64,000 bases of DNA from Candidatus Saccharimonadales bacterium (GTDB lineage Bacteria > Patescibacteriota > Saccharimonadia > Saccharimonadales > JBBQAJ01), in NCBI GenBank assembly GCA_038316195.1, contig JBBQAJ010000002.1, positions 22,773 through 86,772 of the forward strand, given 5' to 3'. Below, piece by piece: positions 29,544 through 38,690 of this stretch. Position 1 is the stretch's first letter. Every line of letters starts with the position of its first letter. The notes below the pieces were generated by a model. It saw only the letters and a program-made list of their open reading frames with translations. It was not told the origin of the DNA and made no database searches. Made by a program: the position numbers and the translations under genes.

Positions 29544-30419
29544 ATGAATAACGTACTTTTGGCCACAATATCTGGGGTTATAACTGCTTTATGCTGGGGA
29601 ACTACAGACTGGATTTCAAGTAAACTTACAAAAAAATTCAAAAAACTGGAAATGAATTTTGCATTTCAATTGCCGAGTATTTTGATAATGATTCCAATTT
29701 TAGTAATTGTTGGACAACCGTTACCGAGTATTAATTTAATACTTCGACTTTGTTTAATTAGTTGTTTCTTCATTGTCGCATTTTTGTTTTTGCTAAAAGC
29801 CCTATCAATGGGTTCGGTTGGGGTAGTGGTACCAATCGCAAATACATACTCCTTGCTAACGTTGGCCCTCTCCTCAATATTTATAGGAGTTGTTTTCAGT
29901 AATTTTCAGATTATAGCTATAGCAGGTATTGTACTTGGCGTGGTATTGCTAGTGTATGAAAAAAATCACGAAAAAATTCCAATTCGAGTACATCACAAAG
30001 CAACCATTTATGCGCTGTTTGCTTCTGCTTTTTGGGGATTGGGATTTTTCTTGGTCGATACAGTTATTGGAAAGGTTTCTTGGCAAATGTTAACGGGAAT
30101 AACTTCCACATTTATGGTTATCTTTTCTTTTATACTTATTGCTATTACGAACAGGGGCGAAATTATTTCTGTACTTAAAAAATCCCTTAGCATCAAGCTC
30201 GCTTTATTTGGTGGAGTTATAGCTCAAATCGGTGTAATCTCATTGTATATCGGCTCAGACAGATCTGGTAGTGTCGTAATACCAGTTGTAATTGCATCAA
30301 GCTCGCCATTGATTGCTTCTTGTCTATCTACATTGTATGACAATGAAAAGTTAGGTTTAATAAAGAGAATAGGTGCAGTTGTAGTAGTTGCAGGGATTAT
30401 AGCGTTAAATTTGATATAG
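29544..30419 (+). CDS. EamA/DMT-family transporter
   Basis: About 10 TM helices with two-fold internal symmetry, typical of the DMT superfamily. Confidence 0.7.
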   Translation: MNNVLLATISGVITALCWGTTDWISSKLTKKFKKLEMNFAFQLPSILIMIPILVIVGQPLPSINLILRLCLISCFFIVAFLFLLKALSMGSVGVVVPIANTYSLLTLALSSIFIGVVFSNFQIIAIAGIVLGVVLLVYEKNHEKIPIRVHHKATIYALFASAFWGLGFFLVDTVIGKVSWQMLTGITSTFMVIFSFILIAITNRGEIISVLKKSLSIKLALFGGVIAQIGVISLYIGSDRSGSVVIPVVIASSSPLIASCLSTLYDNEKLGLIKRIGAVVVVAGIIALNLI

Positions 30420-30464
30420 ATAGGATTATTACAGTAAGAGATTAGTTGGTGATATGATTGTTGA

Positions 30465-30884
30465 ATGATTGTTTATTATACTGATGGTAGTTGTGAGCCG
30501 AACCCTGGTACCGGGGGTTTTGCTGTAATAAGAGACATGAAGCCTCATGTGTTGGGTGGAGAGCATAAAACAACCAACATTCGCATGGAAGGATTCGCAA
30601 TAATTGCAGCTCTAAAAGATTCAAATGGTGAAAAATGCGAAATATATTCAGACAGTGAATTTTGGATTAAGGTTGTGACTGTTTGGTCTATTAGTTGGGA
30701 AGCAAATGGATGGAAGAAAAAAGGTGGAGAAATAAAAAATCTTGATATAGTTCTAGAAATTTGCCCATTATATAAAAAAGCAAATGCTGAATTGATTTGG
30801 GTTAGGGGTCACAACGATGATCCCGGTAATGAACTGGCAGATGAGTGGGCGAATAAAGCAAGATTTGAGCAATTGAAAAAGTAA
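30465..30884 (+). CDS. rnhA: Ribonuclease HI
   Basis: YTDGSCEPNPGTGGFAVI, an acidic Glu (MEGFAIIAAL), YSDSEF and a C-terminal NELADEWA. Confidence 0.88.
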   Translation: MIVYYTDGSCEPNPGTGGFAVIRDMKPHVLGGEHKTTNIRMEGFAIIAALKDSNGEKCEIYSDSEFWIKVVTVWSISWEANGWKKKGGEIKNLDIVLEICPLYKKANAELIWVRGHNDDPGNELADEWANKARFEQLKK

Positions 30885-31037
30885 TCGAAGAAATAAAAAG
30901 GAGACTAAAAAATATTTATTGGCCCGTAGATAAGTATGGTAGGATACACGCTAACATCATATTGAAAGGTACTAAATTATTATTTTAGGAATGTATTGAA
31001 CTAAGCGTTATTAACAAATTACTGATATGATTAGACT

Positions 31038-31607
31038 ATGAATCAAAAAGCAAACTTTGCGTTTATTGATAGTCAGAATTTGAATGTTGGGGTTCAGAAG
31101 TATGGCTGGAAGATGGATTGGATAAAATTCCGTAAGTTTTTAGCTGACAAATTTAATGTGTCTAATGCATACATGTTTATAGGTTATGTGCCAGAGTTTG
31201 AAGACATGTATAAACAATTGCATGAAGCAGGTTTTATGGTTGTTTTGAAACCTACATACGATATGACAAAACCTAGGCCAGATTTTAAGGAACAGGGTCA
31301 GGATGATGCAACATCAGAAACTTCGTCTAAAGAGGAGGAAAAAAGGCCCGTAAAAGGGAATGTAGATGCCGATTTGGTGCTATGGGTCATGAAAGAACTC
31401 ACAAACTATAATAAAGCAGTTATTGTATCTGGAGATGGTGATTTTTATAGTTTGGTTGAGTATTTAGACGAACAAAAAAAATTACTCAAAATATTGGCAC
31501 CAAATGCTCAATATTCAGGATTATTTAATAAGTACGAAGCTTATATTGAAAGATTAGATAATTCTCGCAAATTACTGGCATACTATGATCGTAAACGAAA
31601 AAAATAA
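31038..31607 (+). CDS. NYN-domain (LabA/DUF88-like) protein
   Basis: FAFIDSQNLNVG and VSGDGDFYSLVEYL are the conserved acidic motifs of the NYN fold. An acidic insert lies in the middle. Confidence 0.7.
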   Translation: MNQKANFAFIDSQNLNVGVQKYGWKMDWIKFRKFLADKFNVSNAYMFIGYVPEFEDMYKQLHEAGFMVVLKPTYDMTKPRPDFKEQGQDDATSETSSKEEEKRPVKGNVDADLVLWVMKELTNYNKAVIVSGDGDFYSLVEYLDEQKKLLKILAPNAQYSGLFNKYEAYIERLDNSRKLLAYYDRKRKK

Positions 31608-31621
31608 TTTTACTGACTAAG

Positions 31622-31873
31622 ATGAAGCAAATAGAAACACGCTTGAAAGTGATTGAAGATAGAAATAAGCGTGTTGAAAATGATAAAGCATGGGAAGTAA
31701 GTTTGACGAGAAGATTATCAATTACACTGTTTACGTATATTACGGTATTGCTATATTTGATGTTAATAAAAAACGAAAAACCGTTTTTAAATGCTAGCGT
31801 TCCTTCAATAGGCTTCTTGCTGTCTACATTATTAATGAAAAATATTAAGAAAATATGGCAAAACAAAAAATAA
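31622..31873 (+). CDS. Small membrane protein (83 aa)
   Basis: A charged amphipathic N-terminus followed by two TM helices. Preferred over the low-complexity antisense ORF at 31525-31866. Confidence 0.5.
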   Translation: MKQIETRLKVIEDRNKRVENDKAWEVSLTRRLSITLFTYITVLLYLMLIKNEKPFLNASVPSIGFLLSTLLMKNIKKIWQNKK

Positions 31874-32427
31874 TACTCGCCAGAACTGAATTTGGCAATC
31901 CAATACTGAGAAATACTGCAGAAAAACTAAGTCATTTTGATGTTAAGTCCGAAAAAATTAAACACTTAATAAATGCTATGAAATCCACTCTAATGGAGCT
32001 CAAGCTTGGAGTTGGTTTGGCTGCGCCTCAAGTTGGAGAAGGAGTTGCATTGTCTGTAATTATGATCCAACCAACTACCCATAGGCCAGATGCAAGTTCT
32101 TTTAACTTGGTTATAATTAATCCAGAGATTTCACAGACATTTGGCAGAAGAAAACAGTTATGGGAAGGATGTATTAGTGCTGGACATGGCAAAGCTGGTC
32201 TTTTTGCAAAGGTACCAAGATTTGCCAAAATTCAACTAAAATATTTAGACGAAAACGGAACCCAACACAATAAAATCTTCACTGGTCTGCCAGCCCAAGT
32301 AATACAACATGAAGTCGATCATTTAAATGGAATACTTTTTGTAGATAGGGTAAAAGACACCAAAACTTTTGTAACTTACCGTGAATATATGAAAATAGTT
32401 AGCGATAAAGGGCATAAACTTAAGTAG
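31855..32427 (+). CDS. def: Peptide deformylase
   Basis: All three motifs are present: GLAAPQVG, EGCIS, HEVDHL. Confidence 0.93.
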   Translation: MAKQKIILARTEFGNPILRNTAEKLSHFDVKSEKIKHLINAMKSTLMELKLGVGLAAPQVGEGVALSVIMIQPTTHRPDASSFNLVIINPEISQTFGRRKQLWEGCISAGHGKAGLFAKVPRFAKIQLKYLDENGTQHNKIFTGLPAQVIQHEVDHLNGILFVDRVKDTKTFVTYREYMKIVSDKGHKLK

Positions 32428-32452
32428 TCTTTGATATACTGATTGGTACTGT

Positions 32453-33301
32453 ATGAATTTTGTAAAACCTACAAAGGCAATAATACCTGTAGCTGGTTAT
32501 GGCACAAGGCGTTTGCCTGTGGCCAAATCTGTTGAAAAGTGCATGATGCCACTACTTAACCGTCCAATTGTAGACTATATAGTTGAAGATTGCATAAAAG
32601 CAGGCATAACTGACATTTATTTTGTTATTACCAACGGCGCTCCTCAATTGAAAAGCTACTATGCAACAAGTCCAGTGTTGGAAGAATACTTAAGTAAAAA
32701 GGGTGCATTTGAGCAACTAGAAGCTATAAAGCCACCACAAAATGTAAATTTTCATTATGTCCAACAAGAGCAACCAAATGGTGAATATGGGACAACTGTG
32801 CCGATATGGTCTTGCCGGGATATTGTTGAGCCTGATGAAAACGTCGTTATTATTATGGGGGACCAGACCCTATATAGAGAAGATGGCGGATCAGATGTTG
32901 CCGACATGATAGCTAGTGTAATGTCAGAGCAAACAAACGCTGGCATGGTAGCTGTGCCAGTACCTGATGACCAGGTGCAATATTATGGAATAATTGCAAA
33001 GGATGATTCTGGACATTTTAGCCATATAGTTGAAAAACCTAGTTTAGATGTTGCACCCTCAAACTTGAATAATGCGAGTATATACCTTGTTCCTGGTAGT
33101 TTTTGGCAATATGTACAGAAAGATATGGATACTCCACATTCGCACGAATACTACATTACGGATGTGCTAAATGAATTTGTTGCTGACAATCACACAATTA
33201 AAGTGTTTGAAGCAAAAGGCAAATATCTGGATTGTGGAAACTTAGAAGGTTGGGTTGAGGCCAATAATTATATGTTAGAGCATAAACTAGATAATAAATA
33301 A
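32453..33301 (+). CDS. galU: UTP--glucose-1-phosphate uridylyltransferase
   Basis: N-terminal KAIIPVAGYGTRRLPVAKSVEKCMMPL and an NTP-transferase fold. Confidence 0.85.
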   Translation: MNFVKPTKAIIPVAGYGTRRLPVAKSVEKCMMPLLNRPIVDYIVEDCIKAGITDIYFVITNGAPQLKSYYATSPVLEEYLSKKGAFEQLEAIKPPQNVNFHYVQQEQPNGEYGTTVPIWSCRDIVEPDENVVIIMGDQTLYREDGGSDVADMIASVMSEQTNAGMVAVPVPDDQVQYYGIIAKDDSGHFSHIVEKPSLDVAPSNLNNASIYLVPGSFWQYVQKDMDTPHSHEYYITDVLNEFVADNHTIKVFEAKGKYLDCGNLEGWVEANNYMLEHKLDNK

Positions 33302-33307
33302 TGGAAT

Positions 33308-34132
33308 ATGATGCAAGAATACATTAGATTAAATACGGGACTAAAAATTCCATCGGTTGGCTTTGGTACTTGGCAGATTTTTCCTAATGGTAGGGCAAAA
33401 AAAGCAGTGCTTGCTGCTGTGGATAAAGGTTACAGGCATATCGATACTGCTCGCATATATGGTAATGAAAAGGGAGTTGGTGAAGCGATTCGAGAATGTG
33501 GAATTTCGAGGAATGAATTGTTTATTACTACAAAACTATGGAGCCAAAGTTTGGGTTATGATAATACGCTTAAAGCATTTGAAAGATCGTTGAAACGTTT
33601 AAATATGAATTTTGTGGATCTTTATTTAATCCATTTTCCTCGTAATGAAAAACGTCTAGAAAGTTGGCGAGCCTTTGAGGAAATACATTCCTCGGGAAAG
33701 GCAAAGTCTATTGGCGTTTCGAATTTCACAATCGGACATTTACAAGAACTTATGGACAAATTTAGCGTGGTTCCTGCGATAAATCAAGTCGAATTTCACC
33801 CATTTCTATATAAAGACCAAGTTGAACTTTTAAAATTTTGTAAAAAAAATGGAATAGTAATTGAAGCCTATAGCCCACTTGCACATGGGAAATTAATAGA
33901 TGAAGTAGTTCTTCCAAAGATTGCAAAAAACCACGGTAAAAGTGTATCCCAAGTTATTTTACGATGGTGTATTCAGCATGGAACACTCCCACTTCCAAAA
34001 TCTACCAATCCTGAACATATGAATGAAAATCTGGATATATTTGATTTTGAACTTTCTGATTTAGAAATGAATTCTATAAATGAACTAAGTGATGGCACAA
34101 GAACATGCTGGGATCCGACTAACGTCAAATAA
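33308..34132 (+). CDS. Aldo/keto reductase (2,5-diketo-D-gluconate reductase-like)
   Basis: GFGTWQ, HIDTARIYGNE, LWSQ and IGVSNF, with the catalytic Asp/Tyr/Lys/His context. Confidence 0.88.
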   Translation: MMQEYIRLNTGLKIPSVGFGTWQIFPNGRAKKAVLAAVDKGYRHIDTARIYGNEKGVGEAIRECGISRNELFITTKLWSQSLGYDNTLKAFERSLKRLNMNFVDLYLIHFPRNEKRLESWRAFEEIHSSGKAKSIGVSNFTIGHLQELMDKFSVVPAINQVEFHPFLYKDQVELLKFCKKNGIVIEAYSPLAHGKLIDEVVLPKIAKNHGKSVSQVILRWCIQHGTLPLPKSTNPEHMNENLDIFDFELSDLEMNSINELSDGTRTCWDPTNVK

Positions 34133-34197
34133 ATTTGGCTTGTGAATCTAATCCCTAATAGCTTAGAGCATTCTATAAGGTATAATCTAGCATAAGC

Positions 34198-35469
34198 ATG
34201 AATGAAAATAGTAATGATGAGATTTTTCCTAAGCATTTTTTTTGGGGAGCAAGTACAGCAAGTCATCAAGTAGAAGGTGGTACTTTAAACCAATGGACCG
34301 TCTGGGAGCTTGCGCATGCTAAAGAACTGGCTCAAACGGCGCATAGACGCTTAAATTGGCTTCCAAACTGGCAAGAAATTAAAGACCAAGCAGAAGAACC
34401 TGAAAACTATGTTTCGGGTAGAGGTGTAGAGCATTATAAAAGATACAAAGCAGATTTTGACCTAGTGAAAGATCTAAATTTAAATTCATTTAGGTTTGGG
34501 ATAGAATGGTCGCGCATAGAACCAGAAGAAGGAAAATGGGACCAAGACGCTATTAATCACTATAAAAAATACATTGCAGAACTTCGTTCACGACATATTG
34601 AACCTTTTTTAAATATATGGCATTGGACTTCGCCAATTTGGTTTACGGATAAAGGTGGTTTTGAGCACAAGCAAAATAGAAAATATTTTGATCGGTTTGT
34701 GAAAAAAGTTGCCAGTGAATTCGTAGAAGAACTTAACTATATAATTACCATAAACGAACCAAATGTAGAGGCAAGTTTTGGCTATCTGCTGGCGCTACAT
34801 CCTCCAAATCAGAAAAATATGTGGAATTTTGCAAAAGTATACTGGAATTTAATGAAGTGCCATCAGAATGCATACAAAATATTAAAAGCCAAAAAACCTA
34901 GTTTACAGATTGGGATAGCACAACAACTTTCAAACATACAAGCTAAAAGACCTCATAGTATTTTCGATACTCTCTCAACGAAATGGATGAGATATTTTTG
35001 GAATTGGTGGTTTTTACGCAGAATACGTAATTTCCAAGATTTTGTGGGAATAAATTATTACTTTTCAGATTACTACACAGGTATGTTGAAGCGCAAAAAC
35101 CCGTCTGTACCACTCAACGATATGGGTTGGTACATGGAGCCTGAAGGTTTATATCCAATAATGCTCAGAACCTGGCATAGGTTTAAAAAACCAATATTTA
35201 TAACTGAAAATGGTCTCGCAGATGCACACGACAATCATCGTCGGTGGTGGATTGAGGAAACAATAGTTGCCATGGAGAGAGCGATAAGTGAAGGAGTTGA
35301 TTTGAGAGGGTATTTTCACTGGAGTTTGCTAGATAATTTTGAATGGCAAGACGGTTGGTGGCCCAGATTTGGCCTAATCGAGGTAGACAGAGAAAACGAC
35401 ATGAAACGAACTATTCGTCCGAGCGCCAAATGGTTTGCCAAACGTATAAAGGACATAAATAGCGCCTAA
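34198..35469 (+). CDS. Glycoside hydrolase family 1 (beta-glucosidase-like)
   Basis: FFWGASTASHQVEG, the acid/base ITINEPN, and the nucleophile ITENG. Confidence 0.9.
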   Translation: MNENSNDEIFPKHFFWGASTASHQVEGGTLNQWTVWELAHAKELAQTAHRRLNWLPNWQEIKDQAEEPENYVSGRGVEHYKRYKADFDLVKDLNLNSFRFGIEWSRIEPEEGKWDQDAINHYKKYIAELRSRHIEPFLNIWHWTSPIWFTDKGGFEHKQNRKYFDRFVKKVASEFVEELNYIITINEPNVEASFGYLLALHPPNQKNMWNFAKVYWNLMKCHQNAYKILKAKKPSLQIGIAQQLSNIQAKRPHSIFDTLSTKWMRYFWNWWFLRRIRNFQDFVGINYYFSDYYTGMLKRKNPSVPLNDMGWYMEPEGLYPIMLRTWHRFKKPIFITENGLADAHDNHRRWWIEETIVAMERAISEGVDLRGYFHWSLLDNFEWQDGWWPRFGLIEVDRENDMKRTIRPSAKWFAKRIKDINSA

Positions 35470-35533
35470 AATGGGTTTGTAGGACAGGAAGTAGGTATTT
35501 TATTTATTAATAATCATGGTATAATATAAATAA

Positions 35534-35926
35534 ATGTCTAGCAAAGGCGCAAATGAAACTTCCACTTCAGCTACTTGTCCTAGTTGTGGAATTGTTCAGA
35601 TTGATCGTTCAGAGCTTACTTTAGTTCGGGATATTGTTCGTGACGAGTATTTTTATAGGTTTAAGTGTCCAAAAAATGACGAATTAATTTTTAAAAACAC
35701 ATCTCATAGAATTGCTAAATTACTAATCGCTGAAGACGTCGCTGTAGAGCTGTTAGACTTAGTTAGTGAACACGAAAAGGAAGTTAAGCCTATTGGGATA
35801 TCTCTCGAACCTATTACTATAGACGAATTGTTAGATTTTTCGGTAGTGCTGCATCAGCATAATTCGAATGAAATAATAAGACTTGCTATCTCTGAAGGAT
35901 ATAACGCCGAACCTCTTGACTCATAA
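35534..35926 (+). CDS. Hypothetical protein (130 aa) with CPSCG...CP Cys pairs
   Basis: Clean ORF. TGgTATAAT lies 8 nt upstream of the ATG. No family recognised. Confidence 0.5.
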   Translation: MSSKGANETSTSATCPSCGIVQIDRSELTLVRDIVRDEYFYRFKCPKNDELIFKNTSHRIAKLLIAEDVAVELLDLVSEHEKEVKPIGISLEPITIDELLDFSVVLHQHNSNEIIRLAISEGYNAEPLDS

Positions 35927-35965
35927 TTGACATAAATACTCCCATATGCTATAATTTAATATATA

Positions 35966-36568
35966 ATGTTAATAAGTACGAGACCACGATCACGTAATCC
36001 TCATCGAAAAGGACGCTCATACAAGCCGACTTCATTCAGTGAAGCAGTCAGTGAGCTTGGTTATGGTGGTGTTAAACCGTTAGCACATCGAAAAGCCGAA
36101 ATAAATGAATTTACAGATGATTTAGATAGGTCAATTCATAGCATAAGTGACAAAGGTCAGAAGGACAGACAGCCAGGGACTAGTCATAGTAGATACATAA
36201 TTAGAAGATTCGGAGCGATTGCAATTTTAATGATAAGTGGTGCTGGTTTATACAAGGGTGTGGAGGCTGTCTCTAGCTTCGTTGACAGAAAACAAGAAGA
36301 GAATAATTTATATTTGGAAACAATTAATCCTGATGCATTAAATGCCTATAATGAGGGTAAAATTGATCCAAACAAAGTGACCCTTGTTTCTGCTACAGAA
36401 GATTCAACAGCAATAGAATTTGCATCAAAACTACATCCAAGTGGTGACTTGCGACGACCATTGGACGAAATCGATAGTCAATCAAATGCCAACGGCATTC
36501 CAGGTGTTCAAAATGGTGAAGTTTTCGTTATTCCTAATATTGACATACAAAAATATTTTGGCGAATAA
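35966..36568 (+). CDS. Hypothetical single-pass membrane protein (200 aa)
   Basis: Basic N-terminus and a central TM helix (FGAIAILMISGAGLY). TGcTATAAT lies 10 nt upstream of the ATG. Confidence 0.5.
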   Translation: MLISTRPRSRNPHRKGRSYKPTSFSEAVSELGYGGVKPLAHRKAEINEFTDDLDRSIHSISDKGQKDRQPGTSHSRYIIRRFGAIAILMISGAGLYKGVEAVSSFVDRKQEENNLYLETINPDALNAYNEGKIDPNKVTLVSATEDSTAIEFASKLHPSGDLRRPLDEIDSQSNANGIPGVQNGEVFVIPNIDIQKYFGE

Positions 36569-36608
36569 ATTGTTCTAGTGTTTATAAAATAGTTCAGACA
36601 CCATATGT

Positions 36609-36646
36609 TGTGGATAAAGTTTATATTATGAATAAACTGTGGATAA
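36609..36646 (+). promoter_or_regulatory. Pair of perfect DnaA-box 9-mers upstream of mraZ
   Basis: TGTGGATAA, the complement of TTATCCACA, occurs at 36609-36617 and 36638-36646 in the same orientation. Confidence 0.5.
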
Positions 36647-36690
36647 CTGTTCCTATTCGACGCAGTTTTTAAGAATAATGTGCTTGATTG

Positions 36691-36725
36691 TGGGGAATGG
36701 TGGGGAGTAGACTGTTGTTAGTGGG
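36691..36725 (+). promoter_or_regulatory. MraZ-operator-like direct repeats
   Basis: TGGGG at 36691 and 36701 (10-nt spacing) and TGGGT at 36722, lying 120-155 nt upstream of the mraZ ATG. Confidence 0.55.
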
Positions 36726-36846
36726 TTTTCGTAGGTAGCAATTCGAATGCACTTCATGCAAACCAAAATAGTTTGCAACAGATGTGTAACCGAAACTTAC
36801 GAATCAAAATAAAAACCACTAAATATTAATCATTAAAGGTGTATCA

Positions 36847-37200
36847 ATGGACTACTTCGAACGGAAGCTCGACGAAAAGAGGAGATTAACACTCCCACCA
36901 GAGCTTCGAGATAAGTTTGCAAGCGGGGCCGTTGTTACACGTGGCTTTGGCCAATACCTACATTTATATCCCAAAGATGTTTGGGAAAATCTAGTAGAGC
37001 CGCGATTAGAAGGCGACTTGTTGGACGAGCGCATAGCTGATTTGAACATCCAATTTAGGATGGGGAAAACAGATATGAAGCCCGATGATCGGCAAGGACG
37101 CATAACTCTGGAGCAGCATCTGTTGGACTATGCAGGTATCGAGCGCGATATTTCTGCAGTGAGTGTAGGCAAGCGATATTGGCGAATCATGGCTAACTGA
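36847..37200 (+). CDS. mraZ: Transcriptional regulator MraZ (short, 117 aa)
   Basis: Two DxxxR-type repeats (LDEKRRLTLPPELRDKF and DDRQGRITLEQHLLDYAGI). First gene of the dcw cluster. Confidence 0.85.
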   Translation: MDYFERKLDEKRRLTLPPELRDKFASGAVVTRGFGQYLHLYPKDVWENLVEPRLEGDLLDERIADLNIQFRMGKTDMKPDDRQGRITLEQHLLDYAGIERDISAVSVGKRYWRIMAN

Positions 37201-37626
37201 CCACATTTGATGAATTAAGTTCTTTAACAATAAAACCAACAGATAGATAAACGCAAGAACGTAACTGTACATAAGCTAAGTGATTAGCAAGTGCTGACAT
37301 AGTGCAAGTGCGTGATGAGGTTAGCTATCTGGCAGACAACACGTGGATAAAGGGCAACCACGCTAAAAACCCTCGTACTTTCCATTAAAACACCTCCCAA
37401 AACTCCACCTCACACATAAGTCTCTCAATCGTTGTATAAGCAGTAAAGTCTTCGTAGGTTTTTTAAACCCACAAAAATAGGCTCTACATATTGCTCATAT
37501 AACAAACAAAAATAAAAACACCAAAAAACAAAAAGTTGGCTGCTGGATAGGTGACCTTGTAAATACAAAAAGCAAGAAAAAAACACCAAAATCAAAAACC
37601 AAAATAAATATAGGATATCTTCAACA

Positions 37627-38520
37627 ATGAAGAGTCAATCTCATATTCCAGTGCTTCTTACGCAAGTCTTGGATTATCTAGAGCCAAAAAAGGGGGACAA
37701 ATACCTCGATTTGACGGCTGGATACGGAGGACATGCACAGAAAATATTGGAACGCACCTTAAATAAACAACAAGCAACTCTTGTTGATCGCGATCAAAAC
37801 GCTATTGACGAGCTGAAAAGCCATAAAGAGTTAGGCGATGCTGAAATAATCCACGAGGATTTTTTAACTGCAAGCGAAATGCTTTTGGAACAAGGCCGTC
37901 AATATGATGTTATTTTGGCTGATTTGGGCGTTTCGTCACCGCACCTTGATAATGCGGATCGTGGGTTTAGTATAAAAGCCAATGGGCAACTAGATATGCG
38001 CATGGACAGCCGTCAAGAACTAACTGCCAAAACCATAGTAAATACATATGATGAGGCAGAACTAGTGAAGCTGCTACGAGACTATGGGGAAGAGCCAAAA
38101 GCCCGAACTATAGCGCGCAAAATAGTTGCAAGTAGGCCATATACTACAACTCACGAACTCGCAGATACAATTGCAAGCGTATGGCATGGACGCAGCAAAG
38201 TTCATCCGGCAACTAAGAGCTTCCAAGCCCTAAGAATCGCTGTAAATGATGAACTTGGCCTATTAAAGCGTGCACTGCCTATCTGGCTTGAGTTACTAGC
38301 TCCTGGAGGGCGAATAGCGATCATCAGCTTCCACAGTTTGGAAGATAGACTTACGAAAGAATTTTTCCGTGAGTACAGTGGTGACCGCTACGACGCTCCC
38401 TTAAACCTGCTAACCAAAAAACCGGTTATTGCAGCAGAGCATGAATTAGTTTCCAATCCGCGAGCCCGTAGTGCTAAACTACGAGCCGCAGCAAAAATAA
38501 AAACGTTCTCCGAGGCTTAG
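37627..38520 (+). CDS. rsmH: 16S rRNA (cytosine1402-N4)-methyltransferase RsmH
   Basis: HIPVLL, DLTAGYGGHA, DLGVSSPHLD and SFHSLEDR. Confidence 0.95.
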   Translation: MKSQSHIPVLLTQVLDYLEPKKGDKYLDLTAGYGGHAQKILERTLNKQQATLVDRDQNAIDELKSHKELGDAEIIHEDFLTASEMLLEQGRQYDVILADLGVSSPHLDNADRGFSIKANGQLDMRMDSRQELTAKTIVNTYDEAELVKLLRDYGEEPKARTIARKIVASRPYTTTHELADTIASVWHGRSKVHPATKSFQALRIAVNDELGLLKRALPIWLELLAPGGRIAIISFHSLEDRLTKEFFREYSGDRYDAPLNLLTKKPVIAAEHELVSNPRARSAKLRAAAKIKTFSEA

Positions 38521-38690
38521 GCTAGGGAGAACAAAAAAAGGAAGGGGCAGAAATGCCAATACAGGTTAAAAACCTCTCCCGAGCGTACAAGGTTCGCGTC
38601 AAAGTGATTTGAGCCAGTACGAATTCCTCACCTGTCGAAGGGCAGGTGGGGAGCCAAAAAAAACAAATATAAAAAAGGAAAATAAAGCCT

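Noticed and set aside
31525-31866. A 113-aa minus-strand ORF opposite the 83-aa small membrane protein gene
   Set aside because: Its translation is Phe/Ile/Asn-rich low-complexity sequence without structure-like features. The plus-strand ORF has a coherent amphipathic N-terminus and two TM helices, and it fits the co-directional operon with def.
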